From assembly GCA_963976765.1 (NCBI GenBank), contig CAXBME010000034.1, positions 1 to 64,000 on the forward strand: a stretch of DNA of 64,000 nucleotides, read 5' to 3'. Position 1 is the first letter of the stretch. Every line of letters starts with the position of its first letter. Source of the stretch: an uncultured Planctomycetaceae bacterium (GTDB lineage: Bacteria; Planctomycetota; Planctomycetia; Planctomycetales; Planctomycetaceae). A program made the position numbers and the translations under genes. The notes below the pieces were generated by a model that saw only the letters and a list, made by a program, of their open reading frames with translations, made no database searches and had not been told where the DNA came from. Shown piece after piece: positions 21,752-31,249 of this stretch.

Positions 21752-22237
21752 CTAGCGAGGCGTGAAGAGCGAGAAGAGGCTGCGAGTCGGGCGGTACTTC
21801 ACTTTGACTTCGGTGCCCATCAGTTCCCACTTGTCGTGCGACTCCATTCCGAACGGAGTCCAGATCCAGTTTCCTTTGACGCGGTAGTAGAACGGCCCGT
21901 ACATCGACCGATACTCGTGCGGATACATCAGCTCGTGCGGCGCAAATGCCTGGTTCGTGATCATCGTGCCGCCAGTTTGTGGCGGGATGTTCTGTTGCGG
22001 TGAGGAATACAACGGCGCATTCAATCGCGGGTATCCCTTAATGGTCGCATCCTGAGGCGTTCGACCGGGCAGGTGCCAGTTCGGATGCGAGATGTTCTGC
22101 ATCGTGGGCTGGCCAATGCGGACTCCCGGTGGAGTTGGGGCTGGCGGAAGCGGGAAGTTGTTCTGAGCTTCGACTTCGTTCAGGCAGGTGATCCCCGCCA
22201 GAAGTGCCGTAAGCACGGTAAGTGTGTTGAGTCGCAT
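21752..22237 (-). CDS. Secreted Pro/Tyr-rich hypothetical protein
   Basis: GGAGG RBS, signal peptide (VEA|Q), NQAFAPHELMYPHEY, beta-rich aromatic C-terminus. Confidence 0.75.
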   Translation of the reverse strand: MRLNTLTVLTALLAGITCLNEVEAQNNFPLPPAPTPPGVRIGQPTMQNISHPNWHLPGRTPQDATIKGYPRLNAPLYSSPQQNIPPQTGGTMITNQAFAPHELMYPHEYRSMYGPFYYRVKGNWIWTPFGMESHDKWELMGTEVKVKYRPTRSLFSLFTPR

Positions 22238-22805
22238 GTTTCCCTCCGTGGCGTTTTAGATTAAACGCATCAAGATCCGTCTCCCGCGGATCTGGCTGCT
22301 GCTCGTCCATGTGCTTCGTGGCCGCATGCGAAGAATTCAGAGGATGAATCTTCTTAATCCGTCGTTCTGACTACCCGGAAGCAATCATTGGGGCTCAAAG
22401 CTGCTCTCTGATTCGGCTGACTTTGATTGCTCCGATGAATCATTCTGTGAGCCTGGAATCGATTCGTCGGGCTTTTCGGAATGTCTTACCAGATAGGGGG
22501 TTATGTGTCGTCGTACGATCCGCAGAAACGGTGCGACAATCACAATCCGAGGAACCGGCGCGGTGGGAAAAGTTTCCGCAGCCGTTACACTTTGCCGCCT
22601 CGGGGCCTGCCTGTAACTCGTCGTTTCGAAGCGGACGGTATAAGTTGCCTGAGTTTCGTGACTTTCCACGACTCGCAGGGTTGCGATGTCCTGAGGACGA
22701 GTTTTCAGAGCTTGTTCCAGCGTGCGTAGAGAATGTTTTGCCGACTTCAGGAAACGGTTCAGCCCCGTTATTGAGGTCGATTAATGAGGTGCTTGGGAGG
22801 GAACC

Positions 22806-25328
22806 TTGGCTAAGAAGAAAGTAAAGAGTGGCGCGGCGGCGAAGGCGAAGAAGTCTGCTCCCGCCAGTAAGAAAGTGACTCGCAGGAAATCATCGGGGAA
22901 AAAGTCTCCGGCAAAGAGAACGAGCAGCGTGACGAAAAAGAGCCTTGATAAAGAGGGCTCGTCCATGGACGGAAACTTCGAGGAGTTGAATGTGGCGAAT
23001 GACCAGGAGGGCGACCGCGTCGAATTTGTATCGATCAGCCAGGAGACAAGGCGACGATACCTCAACTACGCGATGTCGGTCATTCAGTCGCGGGCTTTGC
23101 CTGACGTCCGCGATGGCCTGAAGCCGGTTCAACGCCGAATTCTGTACGTGATGTACCACGGCCTGCATTTGACCCACGACGCGAAGACTCGTAAGTGCGC
23201 GAAGATTTGCGGTGACACGACCGGTAACTATCACCCGCACGGCGACCAGTCGGTGTACGACGCGCTGGTGCGACTTGCGCAGGACTTTACGTACAGGGCT
23301 CCGCTGATTGATGGGCAGGGTAACTTCGGTTCGGTGATGGGGCTGCCGGCTGCGGCTCCTCGTTATACCGAAGCTCGGCTGACAGCCATCGCCGGACATC
23401 TGATGAACGAACTGCGGTACGATACCGTCGACATGCGGCCAACCTATGACGGAGCGACCGCCGAACCTGTCGTGCTGCCATCACGGTATCCGAACCTGCT
23501 GGTCAACGGTGCTCAGGGCATTGCCGTCGGAATGGCGACCAGTATTCCGCCTCATAACCTGGGTGAGGTGATCAAAGCCTGCGTCCATTTGATCGACTCG
23601 CCAAATGCGACCGTGGCCCAACTGATGAAGTACGTCAAGGGGCCGGACTTTCCGCTTGGCGGTCGAATCGTCACTGACCGGTCGGACATTCGAAAGATGT
23701 ACGAAGAGGGCAGGGGGACGGTCAAAGTTCGTGGCGAGTGGCGTTTTGATAAAGAAAAGAAAAAGGAAGTCCAGGACCGCCTGGTTATTTACTCGTTGCC
23801 GTACAACGTCGAGACAGGAAGTTTGACGGCGGAAATCGGCAACATCATTGCCAACCGTAAGCTGCCGATGCTGGAAGAGGTCAACGACGAAACTGATGAC
23901 CGCAACGGTTTGCGGATTGTGCTCGAGTTGAAGAGCGGAGCCGATCCTGACGCAGTCATCGCGTATCTCTATAAGAATACGAGCCTCGAACAGAACTTCT
24001 CGTATAACGCGACATGTCTGGTCCCTGACGAGTCGGGGCTGCTGGTTCCGGCGCGAGCCACTCTGGTCGAAATGCTCCAGCATTTCCTAGTGTTTCGGCA
24101 GGAAACGGTACGGAAGCGATTTCAGTACCAGCTGGCTCAGCTGGAAAAACGGATCCATATTCTCGAAGGCTTCTGCATTGTCTTCGACGGTTTGGACAAA
24201 GCTTTGAAGTTGATCCGAGCGAGCACCGGCAAGCAGGACGCCTGTAAGAAACTGATGAATGCGTTTCCGCTGGATGAAGTTCAGACGATGGCGATTCTGG
24301 AGTTGCAGCTCTATCGGATTTCGAGTCTGGAAATCGACGATATTCGCGAAGAACTGGCCGATAAACAGAAAGAGGCCAACAGGATTCGAAGCATTCTTAA
24401 GTCAGAGGCGAAACTCTGGAAAGTTGTCCGTACAGAACTGGAAGAGTTGTCGAATGAGTTTGCCGATCGACGCCGAACGGGTATCGGTTCGTCAGAAGAG
24501 ATCACCGAATTTGCAGCTGAGACCTACATTGTTCGTGAGAACACAAATGTCGTCGTGACTCGTGAAGGCTGGCTGAAGCGGGTGGGCCGTCTGGCAAAGG
24601 TCGAGGGGACGCGCGTCCGGGAAGGTGACAGCGTGCTGGACGTTCTGCCTGGGAGTACGGTCGACAATGCGATCTTCTTTTCGAGCGACGGGGTGGCCTA
24701 CACACTTTCGATCGATCAGGTGCCGCCGTCGTCGGGTTATGGCGAACCGCTCGCAAAACACGTGCGGATGGGCGATGGAGTTTCGATTGTTATGGCGATC
24801 TCGACCGACGCCCGTTTCACGCCCGAAGACGAGCTGGAAGACGACGCCAGTACCGCTCCGCACATTCTCGTCGCGACTGCTCAAGGTCAGGTGATGCGAG
24901 TCTCGCTGAGCACGTTTCGGTCGCCGTCGACAAAAGTCGGTCGTAAGTTCTGCCGTCTGCGCAAAGGTGATTCCGTGGTGCATGTGGAGCTGATCACCGA
25001 ACACCAGACCATGTTTCTGGCGACGAAGAAGGCTCGTATCATCCACTTCTCACTCGACGACGTTCCGGTTCTGTCCGGTCCGGGCATCGGTGTGAAGGGA
25101 ATCAAAATGGAAAGCGACGACGCAGTGCTGGGAGCAAAACTGCTCAGCCGACCCAGCGACACCCTTCGGGTCGACAATAGCAACGGCACCACATTGAGCT
25201 TTGGCCAGATGAAGTACATCGTGACCTCACGCGGCGGAAAAGGCCACAAAACCAGCCAGCGGAGCGAGTTTTCAGGCATCGTTCCCGAGCCGATTAAACT
25301 GGTCGACTGGTCGACTCTCGAGGAGTAA
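22806..25328 (+). CDS. Type IIA topoisomerase subunit A (GyrA/ParC family, topo IV-like)
   Basis: SRALPDVRDGLKPVQRRIL, YHPHGD, GQGNFGS, AAPRYTEARL (catalytic Tyr), GIAVGMATSIPPHN, pinwheel CTD; alternative ATG at 22965. Confidence 0.93.
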   Translation: MAKKKVKSGAAAKAKKSAPASKKVTRRKSSGKKSPAKRTSSVTKKSLDKEGSSMDGNFEELNVANDQEGDRVEFVSISQETRRRYLNYAMSVIQSRALPDVRDGLKPVQRRILYVMYHGLHLTHDAKTRKCAKICGDTTGNYHPHGDQSVYDALVRLAQDFTYRAPLIDGQGNFGSVMGLPAAAPRYTEARLTAIAGHLMNELRYDTVDMRPTYDGATAEPVVLPSRYPNLLVNGAQGIAVGMATSIPPHNLGEVIKACVHLIDSPNATVAQLMKYVKGPDFPLGGRIVTDRSDIRKMYEEGRGTVKVRGEWRFDKEKKKEVQDRLVIYSLPYNVETGSLTAEIGNIIANRKLPMLEEVNDETDDRNGLRIVLELKSGADPDAVIAYLYKNTSLEQNFSYNATCLVPDESGLLVPARATLVEMLQHFLVFRQETVRKRFQYQLAQLEKRIHILEGFCIVFDGLDKALKLIRASTGKQDACKKLMNAFPLDEVQTMAILELQLYRISSLEIDDIREELADKQKEANRIRSILKSEAKLWKVVRTELEELSNEFADRRRTGIGSSEEITEFAAETYIVRENTNVVVTREGWLKRVGRLAKVEGTRVREGDSVLDVLPGSTVDNAIFFSSDGVAYTLSIDQVPPSSGYGEPLAKHVRMGDGVSIVMAISTDARFTPEDELEDDASTAPHILVATAQGQVMRVSLSTFRSPSTKVGRKFCRLRKGDSVVHVELITEHQTMFLATKKARIIHFSLDDVPVLSGPGIGVKGIKMESDDAVLGAKLLSRPSDTLRVDNSNGTTLSFGQMKYIVTSRGGKGHKTSQRSEFSGIVPEPIKLVDWSTLEE

Positions 25329-25394
25329 CCGTTCGGATCAGTGTGAAGACACCGACAGATAGTTAGCTTGTGAATAAGGACTTGATCGAGCGAT

Positions 25395-27329
25395 ATGGCA
25401 ACCGCGGCAGAACCAAAATCAAACGGCTCATACAGTGCTGACGACATCGATGTTCTGGAAGGGCTGGAAGCCGTCCGGATGCGGCCTTCAATGTACATCG
25501 GAGGCGTCGACAGCAAGGGACTTCATCATCTTCTGTGGGAAATCGTCGACAACTCGGTCGACGAGTACCTGGCCGGGCATTGTTCCGACATCAAAGTGAC
25601 TTTGCATAAAGATGGGTGCTCGTGCACAGTCAGCGATAACGGTCGCGGCATCCCTGTCGACAAGCACAAGAAGTACAAGAAGTCGGCACTGGAAGTCATC
25701 CTGACGGTGCTTCATGCAGGCGGGAAATTTTCGAATAAGAATTACGGTCGCAGCGGTGGCCTGCACGGGGTTGGCTCGTCGGTCGTGAATGCGCTCTCTG
25801 TCGAGATGACGGCAACGGTCCATCGCGACGGCCACGAGTATTTCCAGGCGTATCGTCGCGGAGTTCCCAAGGCTCCCGTCAAGAAGGTCAAACCGTTTCG
25901 AGGTCATGGGACGGCGATCTTCTTTCGACCGGATGAGCAGATTTTTCGAACCATCCACTTCAAGACCGACGTCATCCGTCAGCACCTCGAAGATATCTCG
26001 TTCATCCATGGTGGTCTGAAGATTACGTTTGTTGATGAAGTCAGGAAGGAGACGCACGAATACTCCAACCCGAACGGCATCGCTGCTTACCTGGACAAGA
26101 TCCTCAAGGATGAGAATCGGAAGTCCGTTCACGAAGAGAAATTCGCGACGGAGAAAGATGTCGACGGTGGCAATCGATACGAGGTTGCTCTGCGCTGGAC
26201 GGAGTCGACGGATTCGTGGGTTCGGAGCTACGTCAACGGAATTCGGACGCACGCCGGAGGGACGCACGAAGCCGGCTTCAAGTCGGGGATCACGAAGGCT
26301 GTCAAGAATTACATGGAAGTTCACGAGATCCGTCCGAAGGGGATCGCGGTCAGTCCAGACGATATTCGTGAGGGGACGTGCGCGATCCTTTCTGTGTTTC
26401 ATTCGGATCCGATGTTTCAGGGGCAGACCAAAGAGAAGTTGAATAACCCTGAGGTTTCCGGGCAGGTCGAAGGTCTGGTCCGGGCGGGTGTTGAAACATG
26501 GATGAACAACAATTCGACGATCGCCGACGCGATCATCTTTCGTATCATTCTGGCAGCCAAAGCCCGTGCCGCGAGTCGTGAAGCGATTAAGGAAGTGAAG
26601 CGGAAATCCGCCTCGTCCAAGCGTGTCACGCTGCCAGGGAAGCTGCTGGATTGTCGGTCGACGAAGCCTGAAGAATCGGAACTGTTCATCGTCGAAGGCG
26701 ACTCGGCTGGCGGGTCAGCGGGCATGGGGCGGGACAGCCGAAAGCAGGCCATCCTTCCGCTACGAGGCAAGGTGCTCAACACTGAATCTCTGACCGTGTC
26801 CCGAGTCGTCGCCAATCAGGAAATCAGCGATCTGGTCGAAACGCTGGGGACTGGAATCGGTCCGAACTTCGATATTCGCCGGCTTCGTTATGGGCGGATT
26901 ATTCTGCTGATGGATGCCGACAGCGACGGATATCACATCAGCACGCTGCTGCTGACCTTCCTGTTCCGTCACATGATGGAACTGGTTCGCCAGGGGCGGG
27001 TCTACCTCGCTCAGCCTCCGCTTTACCGGATTTCTATCGGAAAAGACATTCATTACGCGCAGGACGACGCTGCCAAAGAAGAGATTCTTTCTGGACTGGC
27101 CGCTAACCGGAAATACGAGGTCACGCGTTTCAAAGGTCTGGGCGAAATGACACCTCAGCAGCTTCGTGACACAACGCTCGATCCGAAAACTCGGACACTG
27201 CTTCAGGTGAACATCGAAAGCCAGGTCGAAGCCGACCAGACCTTCACCCAACTTCTGGGGAAAGATGCCAGCGAGCGTTACCGAGTCATCATGGAAGATT
27301 CGACGATGGTTGATGATCTGGACGTTTAG
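25395..27329 (+). CDS. Type IIA topoisomerase subunit B (GyrB/ParE family)
   Basis: EIVDNSVDE, GGLHGVG, EGDSA, PLRGK, DADSDG, RFKGLGEM; 644 aa, no large TOPRIM insert. Confidence 0.93.
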   Translation: MATAAEPKSNGSYSADDIDVLEGLEAVRMRPSMYIGGVDSKGLHHLLWEIVDNSVDEYLAGHCSDIKVTLHKDGCSCTVSDNGRGIPVDKHKKYKKSALEVILTVLHAGGKFSNKNYGRSGGLHGVGSSVVNALSVEMTATVHRDGHEYFQAYRRGVPKAPVKKVKPFRGHGTAIFFRPDEQIFRTIHFKTDVIRQHLEDISFIHGGLKITFVDEVRKETHEYSNPNGIAAYLDKILKDENRKSVHEEKFATEKDVDGGNRYEVALRWTESTDSWVRSYVNGIRTHAGGTHEAGFKSGITKAVKNYMEVHEIRPKGIAVSPDDIREGTCAILSVFHSDPMFQGQTKEKLNNPEVSGQVEGLVRAGVETWMNNNSTIADAIIFRIILAAKARAASREAIKEVKRKSASSKRVTLPGKLLDCRSTKPEESELFIVEGDSAGGSAGMGRDSRKQAILPLRGKVLNTESLTVSRVVANQEISDLVETLGTGIGPNFDIRRLRYGRIILLMDADSDGYHISTLLLTFLFRHMMELVRQGRVYLAQPPLYRISIGKDIHYAQDDAAKEEILSGLAANRKYEVTRFKGLGEMTPQQLRDTTLDPKTRTLLQVNIESQVEADQTFTQLLGKDASERYRVIMEDSTMVDDLDV

Positions 27330-27428
27330 GCCATTTTCATGGTTTCTATGCAGGAGCTGGCACTCGGGATAGCCGTTGTTTTTTCGTGGCCATCCTGCAG
27401 AACATTGAAAACGAACTCCGAATGTTCG

Positions 27429-28553
27429 CTAGTCGATGACGTTGGCAGGCTTCGGCGGAGTGACGGGAGTTGTCGGAGCGGGTGGCTTGGGACGAGGTGG
27501 TCCGAGTTCAATGCCACCGGGGACCGATGTTGTGTAGGCCCATGACTCTCCCTGTGGATCCCAGCCAGCGAGAACTCCGGCGTCGGTCAGTGCTCGCCGG
27601 GAAGAGACGTAGACGTCAAAGCTGTCCGGCAACACGTAGAAGCGAGCGAAGAATTTTGTTGGATCCAGGGTCGCCATGATCTTGCGGATTCTTGAGCCAG
27701 GGCGTCGAACCTCGTCTTCGTCGGCACCTCGTTTGGCTTTAGGAGTCAGCTTCAGACGCGGCCAGCGGTTATCCGCGATGTAGCACTCAACGTCAAAGAA
27801 GTCGTCGTTGATGTTGAGGTTTGTGTAGAGCTTTGCAAAGGCTTCGGGATCGATTCCCCTGGCCGGATCGAGGTTCAGCTTCCGACGGATGATGATGTCT
27901 TTCGCTTTAACTTCGGCTTCCTTGCGGATCCCTTCAACATTCATCGGGTAGACACGATTATCCGCACAGACAAATGTTGCCTGCTGTGCTCCAGGCGGTG
28001 CTGGACGAGGATCAGGAATCGTGACAACGGTTGGGGGAGTTGCCGCTTTTCTGGGGGTACTGTCGAGTTTTGCTTTAAGTTCCGCTCGCTTTTCCAGGGA
28101 TGCGGTCAGCGTGCTCTGTAACTCTTCACGTTTCTTCGTGGTTTCCTCAATCTCTTTGCTGTTCTTTGTCGCGGTTTCCCGATCCGCTTCGATCTTCATC
28201 GAAAACTCGTTGGCTTGCTTCGACTGATCGGCCAGAAGCTTCCTGCGCGTCTCAAGTTGTTCTTTCAGCCGTTCGAGACGTTCACGTTCCGCATCAACAT
28301 CGATCGAAGCCAGCGAAATGGTCTGTTCCTTCAGCTTTGTTTTCTCGTCGGCCAGAGACACCAGTTTCTGTTTGGCGGCTTCAAGATCTTCTTCGGTGAC
28401 TTTTGAATTAGTTGTGATTTCCGTGATGGCCTCGCTGACTCCCAACTGAGTCACGATCAGCACGAGTACCAGAATGCCGACTACGTTGGTCATCGTGTCG
28501 AGCAGGGAGTCGAGCCCGCCGTCTTCATCGTCGTCTGTTTTTCTTTTTTTCAT
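27429..28553 (-). CDS. ExbD/TolR/MotB-like single-TM protein with long coiled coil
   Basis: KKRK..LDSLLDTMTNVVGILVLVL N-terminal TM with Asp; coiled coil; C-terminal alpha/beta domain ending GWDP. Confidence 0.65.
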   Translation of the reverse strand: MKKRKTDDDEDGGLDSLLDTMTNVVGILVLVLIVTQLGVSEAITEITTNSKVTEEDLEAAKQKLVSLADEKTKLKEQTISLASIDVDAERERLERLKEQLETRRKLLADQSKQANEFSMKIEADRETATKNSKEIEETTKKREELQSTLTASLEKRAELKAKLDSTPRKAATPPTVVTIPDPRPAPPGAQQATFVCADNRVYPMNVEGIRKEAEVKAKDIIIRRKLNLDPARGIDPEAFAKLYTNLNINDDFFDVECYIADNRWPRLKLTPKAKRGADEDEVRRPGSRIRKIMATLDPTKFFARFYVLPDSFDVYVSSRRALTDAGVLAGWDPQGESWAYTTSVPGGIELGPPRPKPPAPTTPVTPPKPANVID

Positions 28554-28657
28554 GGCTGGACCGTACGGAGATGCGCTCTGGCTGGTGATTGGGCAAGGAG
28601 CCAGAGGGACGTGTCTGGTGCCTCAGTCACAAGAGTTCTGATGTAAATGGGCGGTGG

Positions 28658-29461
28658 TTATTTCTTTTTAACGAAGTGGCTGAGGTCGATTCTTCCATTG
28701 CCGACGACCGGGAGTTTGCCATTGCGGATGTCTCGGTCGGTGCAGAGTTTGCGGGCGGCGTAGTAGGTGCTCAGGCCGTCGCTGCGAATCAGAAAGACGA
28801 TGGAATCATTAACACCGTTGGCGACTTTTTCGAGCAGTGCGATAAAATCCTTGTCGTTGACCATGTCGGCGGCGCGGATCAGCTTGGGCGGATCAATGGT
28901 GTGCATGACGATCGAGCCGGCAGCGCACTCGACAAAGTGCGGCGCGAAGTTGACTCCGCTTCCGCCGGGCAGGATCGAGGTTCTGGTCTGCGATGCCTCG
29001 GCGCGCTCAGACAGTTCCTTTTCCAGTTGAGCCAGTTCTTCCTGTAGTGACTCAAGTTCGCCCTGCATCGAGGCGACAGATTCTCGCTGGGCAGGATCAA
29101 GCTGCGGAATGACGACTTTGACCTTTTCCTGTTCCTTGAGCTGCTTCTGAACTTCCTGCAGTTCTTTCAGCAGTTGCGTCAGCTCCTTCTCGTTCTTCTT
29201 GAGATCTTCCCGCAACGTGGCTGCGTCGGGGCCGATGCGGTCGTCGATGATCTTCTGAAGCTCGGCGACGGCGGCCTCTTCGGCGGTCAGTTCTCGCGAT
29301 GTGCTTTCGTACTCGTCGATCAGCGCGACGTCTTTTGTATCCATCTGCGCAAGAGCCAGCGTTGCGATCATCATCGTCAGTACGCCGATGACGCTGGCGA
29401 TGATGCTCAGAAATGGAAACAGCGAGATGTCGTCATCGTTGTCTCGCGGGCGACGGGCCAT
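28658..29461 (-). CDS. Second ExbD-like single-TM coiled-coil protein
   Basis: MARR..ISLFPFLSIIASVIGVLTMM TM; coiled coil; VFLIRSDG..GKLPV ExbD-like tail. Confidence 0.65.
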   Translation of the reverse strand: MARRPRDNDDDISLFPFLSIIASVIGVLTMMIATLALAQMDTKDVALIDEYESTSRELTAEEAAVAELQKIIDDRIGPDAATLREDLKKNEKELTQLLKELQEVQKQLKEQEKVKVVIPQLDPAQRESVASMQGELESLQEELAQLEKELSERAEASQTRTSILPGGSGVNFAPHFVECAAGSIVMHTIDPPKLIRAADMVNDKDFIALLEKVANGVNDSIVFLIRSDGLSTYYAARKLCTDRDIRNGKLPVVGNGRIDLSHFVKKK

Positions 29462-29491
29462 GAGTCGAACTCCCTTCTTCGCAGGTCGTAT

Positions 29492-31072
29492 TTAGCGGGC
29501 TTTTTTCGAGCCACCGAACCAACCACGTCTTGCGGGGGCGACCTGTTGAACGACGACACTCTGTTCGCCGAGTTTTGTCAGAACGCCGTTGAGACTGTTG
29601 AGTCCGGTTTCCAGACCAGTGAAGCGTTGTTGAAGGGTTTCCTGAGCCGCCGAAAACGAACCGTTGACGGACGACTGCATCGTGGCAGTCTGACTGGCGA
29701 CAGTTGCCAGCGTGGCCTGAATCTGCGTTGCTGCGGCGGCCATCTTCTCAATCTGGGCGGCCAGCTGTTTCTGCTGCTCGGCCTGCTGCTGCTGAAGACT
29801 TGCTGCGTGCTGCTGTTGCTGCTTCTGCATGCGGGTGTTTGTCGAGTCCCACCCCTCGGCGATCTGAGTCGTCACCTTGACGCCAATTTTGTCGAGCTTC
29901 TCCAGCCACTTTTCCAGTTCCGCGTGGTGAGTGCCCATTGCGGCTTCAACGGCTTCTCGAAATATTGAAACGTTGGCACCACCGGCAACACCCCGTTCGG
30001 CCCCACCTTCGCGCCCATCGTTGAGTCGACGCAGCAGGTTTTCGTTGCAGTATTCGTCAACGGCTGTGATCAGATCCTCTTCGCTTTTCTGCATGGCAGA
30101 CGTCGGGATCTTGACAATCATGCTCATGATCAACGCGAGCAACGTGGTGTCGAACGCGGTGCCCAGGCCAGAGAAGACTGCGTTTAGAGAGCCTTTCATG
30201 GCGGTCATGTCAGCCGCCGAGTCGAGACTGCTGGCGAGACTGGCCACAGCCGAACTGACGCCAACAACCGTTCCAATGAAGCCGAGAATCGGCAGAGCCC
30301 AGATAAAGACTTTCAGGATGGTGTAGCTGCCCGCGACGTTGTTGGCGTCGATGGCCGACTGCGATTCCATCATCGTCACGGTTTCAGCTGCGCTTTTTCG
30401 GACACGGAAGTGCTCGATGCCGCGCAGGACTCGATTGATCAGGAAGCTTTCCGACCCGCTGACGGGCAGGCTGCGAATGTGCTTCACGAAGTTGTGCAGA
30501 GATTCGACGGTAATTTCTTCGGCGACCTCGGTCGGCAGTACGTCGAGAAGCATCGACTCTTTCTGCTGCTTCAAGCTCAACCATTTCAGCACGATGATCG
30601 CAAACGACCAGAACATCAACAGCGTCGTCGCGAACGGGACAAAGCCTCGGTCCAGAAAGAGCTGTCCGAGCTGGTAGTTCCGCAGCGGGATCATCGCCAC
30701 CAGCCACACGACGGTAGCGACCGATCCGATCACTCCACTGGCCACGAGGCTGACGTCGCTGCTGACGGAATCGCCGCCGCCAGTGCCGAACCAGCTTTTC
30801 TTTTTCGGCTTCGCCGGGGCTGGTGATTTTTGAGCGGCGGAAATCTGAGGTGTTGCTCCTGCCGATGTGGTACTAGTTCCGGATGTGGGCGCACCTGTGT
30901 TGACGACGATGTTCGGGAAACCGGCTTCCGGCTCCGGTGTCGGAGCTGCGGGTTCCGGAATTTTGACGGATCCTTTGCAGTACGGGCAGGTGCGGCTTTG
31001 CCCGGCAAGATCCTGCGAGACCTTCAGAGACTTGCTGCAATGAGGGCATGGAAGCTTGAAGAACGTCGTCAT
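29492..31072 (-). CDS. MotA/TolQ/ExbB proton-channel protein with N-terminal Zn ribbon and C-terminal coiled coil
   Basis: CPHC..CPYC; WALPILGFIGTVVGV and GLGTAFDTTLLAL channel motifs; Gln-rich coiled tail; likely start ATG 31072. Confidence 0.85.
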   Translation of the reverse strand: MTTFFKLPCPHCSKSLKVSQDLAGQSRTCPYCKGSVKIPEPAAPTPEPEAGFPNIVVNTGAPTSGTSTTSAGATPQISAAQKSPAPAKPKKKSWFGTGGGDSVSSDVSLVASGVIGSVATVVWLVAMIPLRNYQLGQLFLDRGFVPFATTLLMFWSFAIIVLKWLSLKQQKESMLLDVLPTEVAEEITVESLHNFVKHIRSLPVSGSESFLINRVLRGIEHFRVRKSAAETVTMMESQSAIDANNVAGSYTILKVFIWALPILGFIGTVVGVSSAVASLASSLDSAADMTAMKGSLNAVFSGLGTAFDTTLLALIMSMIVKIPTSAMQKSEEDLITAVDEYCNENLLRRLNDGREGGAERGVAGGANVSIFREAVEAAMGTHHAELEKWLEKLDKIGVKVTTQIAEGWDSTNTRMQKQQQQHAASLQQQQAEQQKQLAAQIEKMAAAATQIQATLATVASQTATMQSSVNGSFSAAQETLQQRFTGLETGLNSLNGVLTKLGEQSVVVQQVAPARRGWFGGSKKAR

Positions 31073-31249
31073 GGTCGTTGCCAGTTCAGAGTAGGGGCGG
31101 GTCCGGAGAGGCAGGTGCTGGTGTGAGAAATCGTCGCTGGTTGATTGAAATCGCGACGCTACCAAAGAGCAGAACGCGAGCAATCAAGAGATTACTCGCG
31201 TCCGTGCGATCAGGCATTGTGTTCTTGGAATGAGAGACGTTGTTTTGGG

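Noticed and set aside
27429..31072. Calling the motor operon Zorya
   Set aside because: No OmpA-like ZorB domain and no ZorC/D/E effectors adjacent; housekeeping neighbourhood
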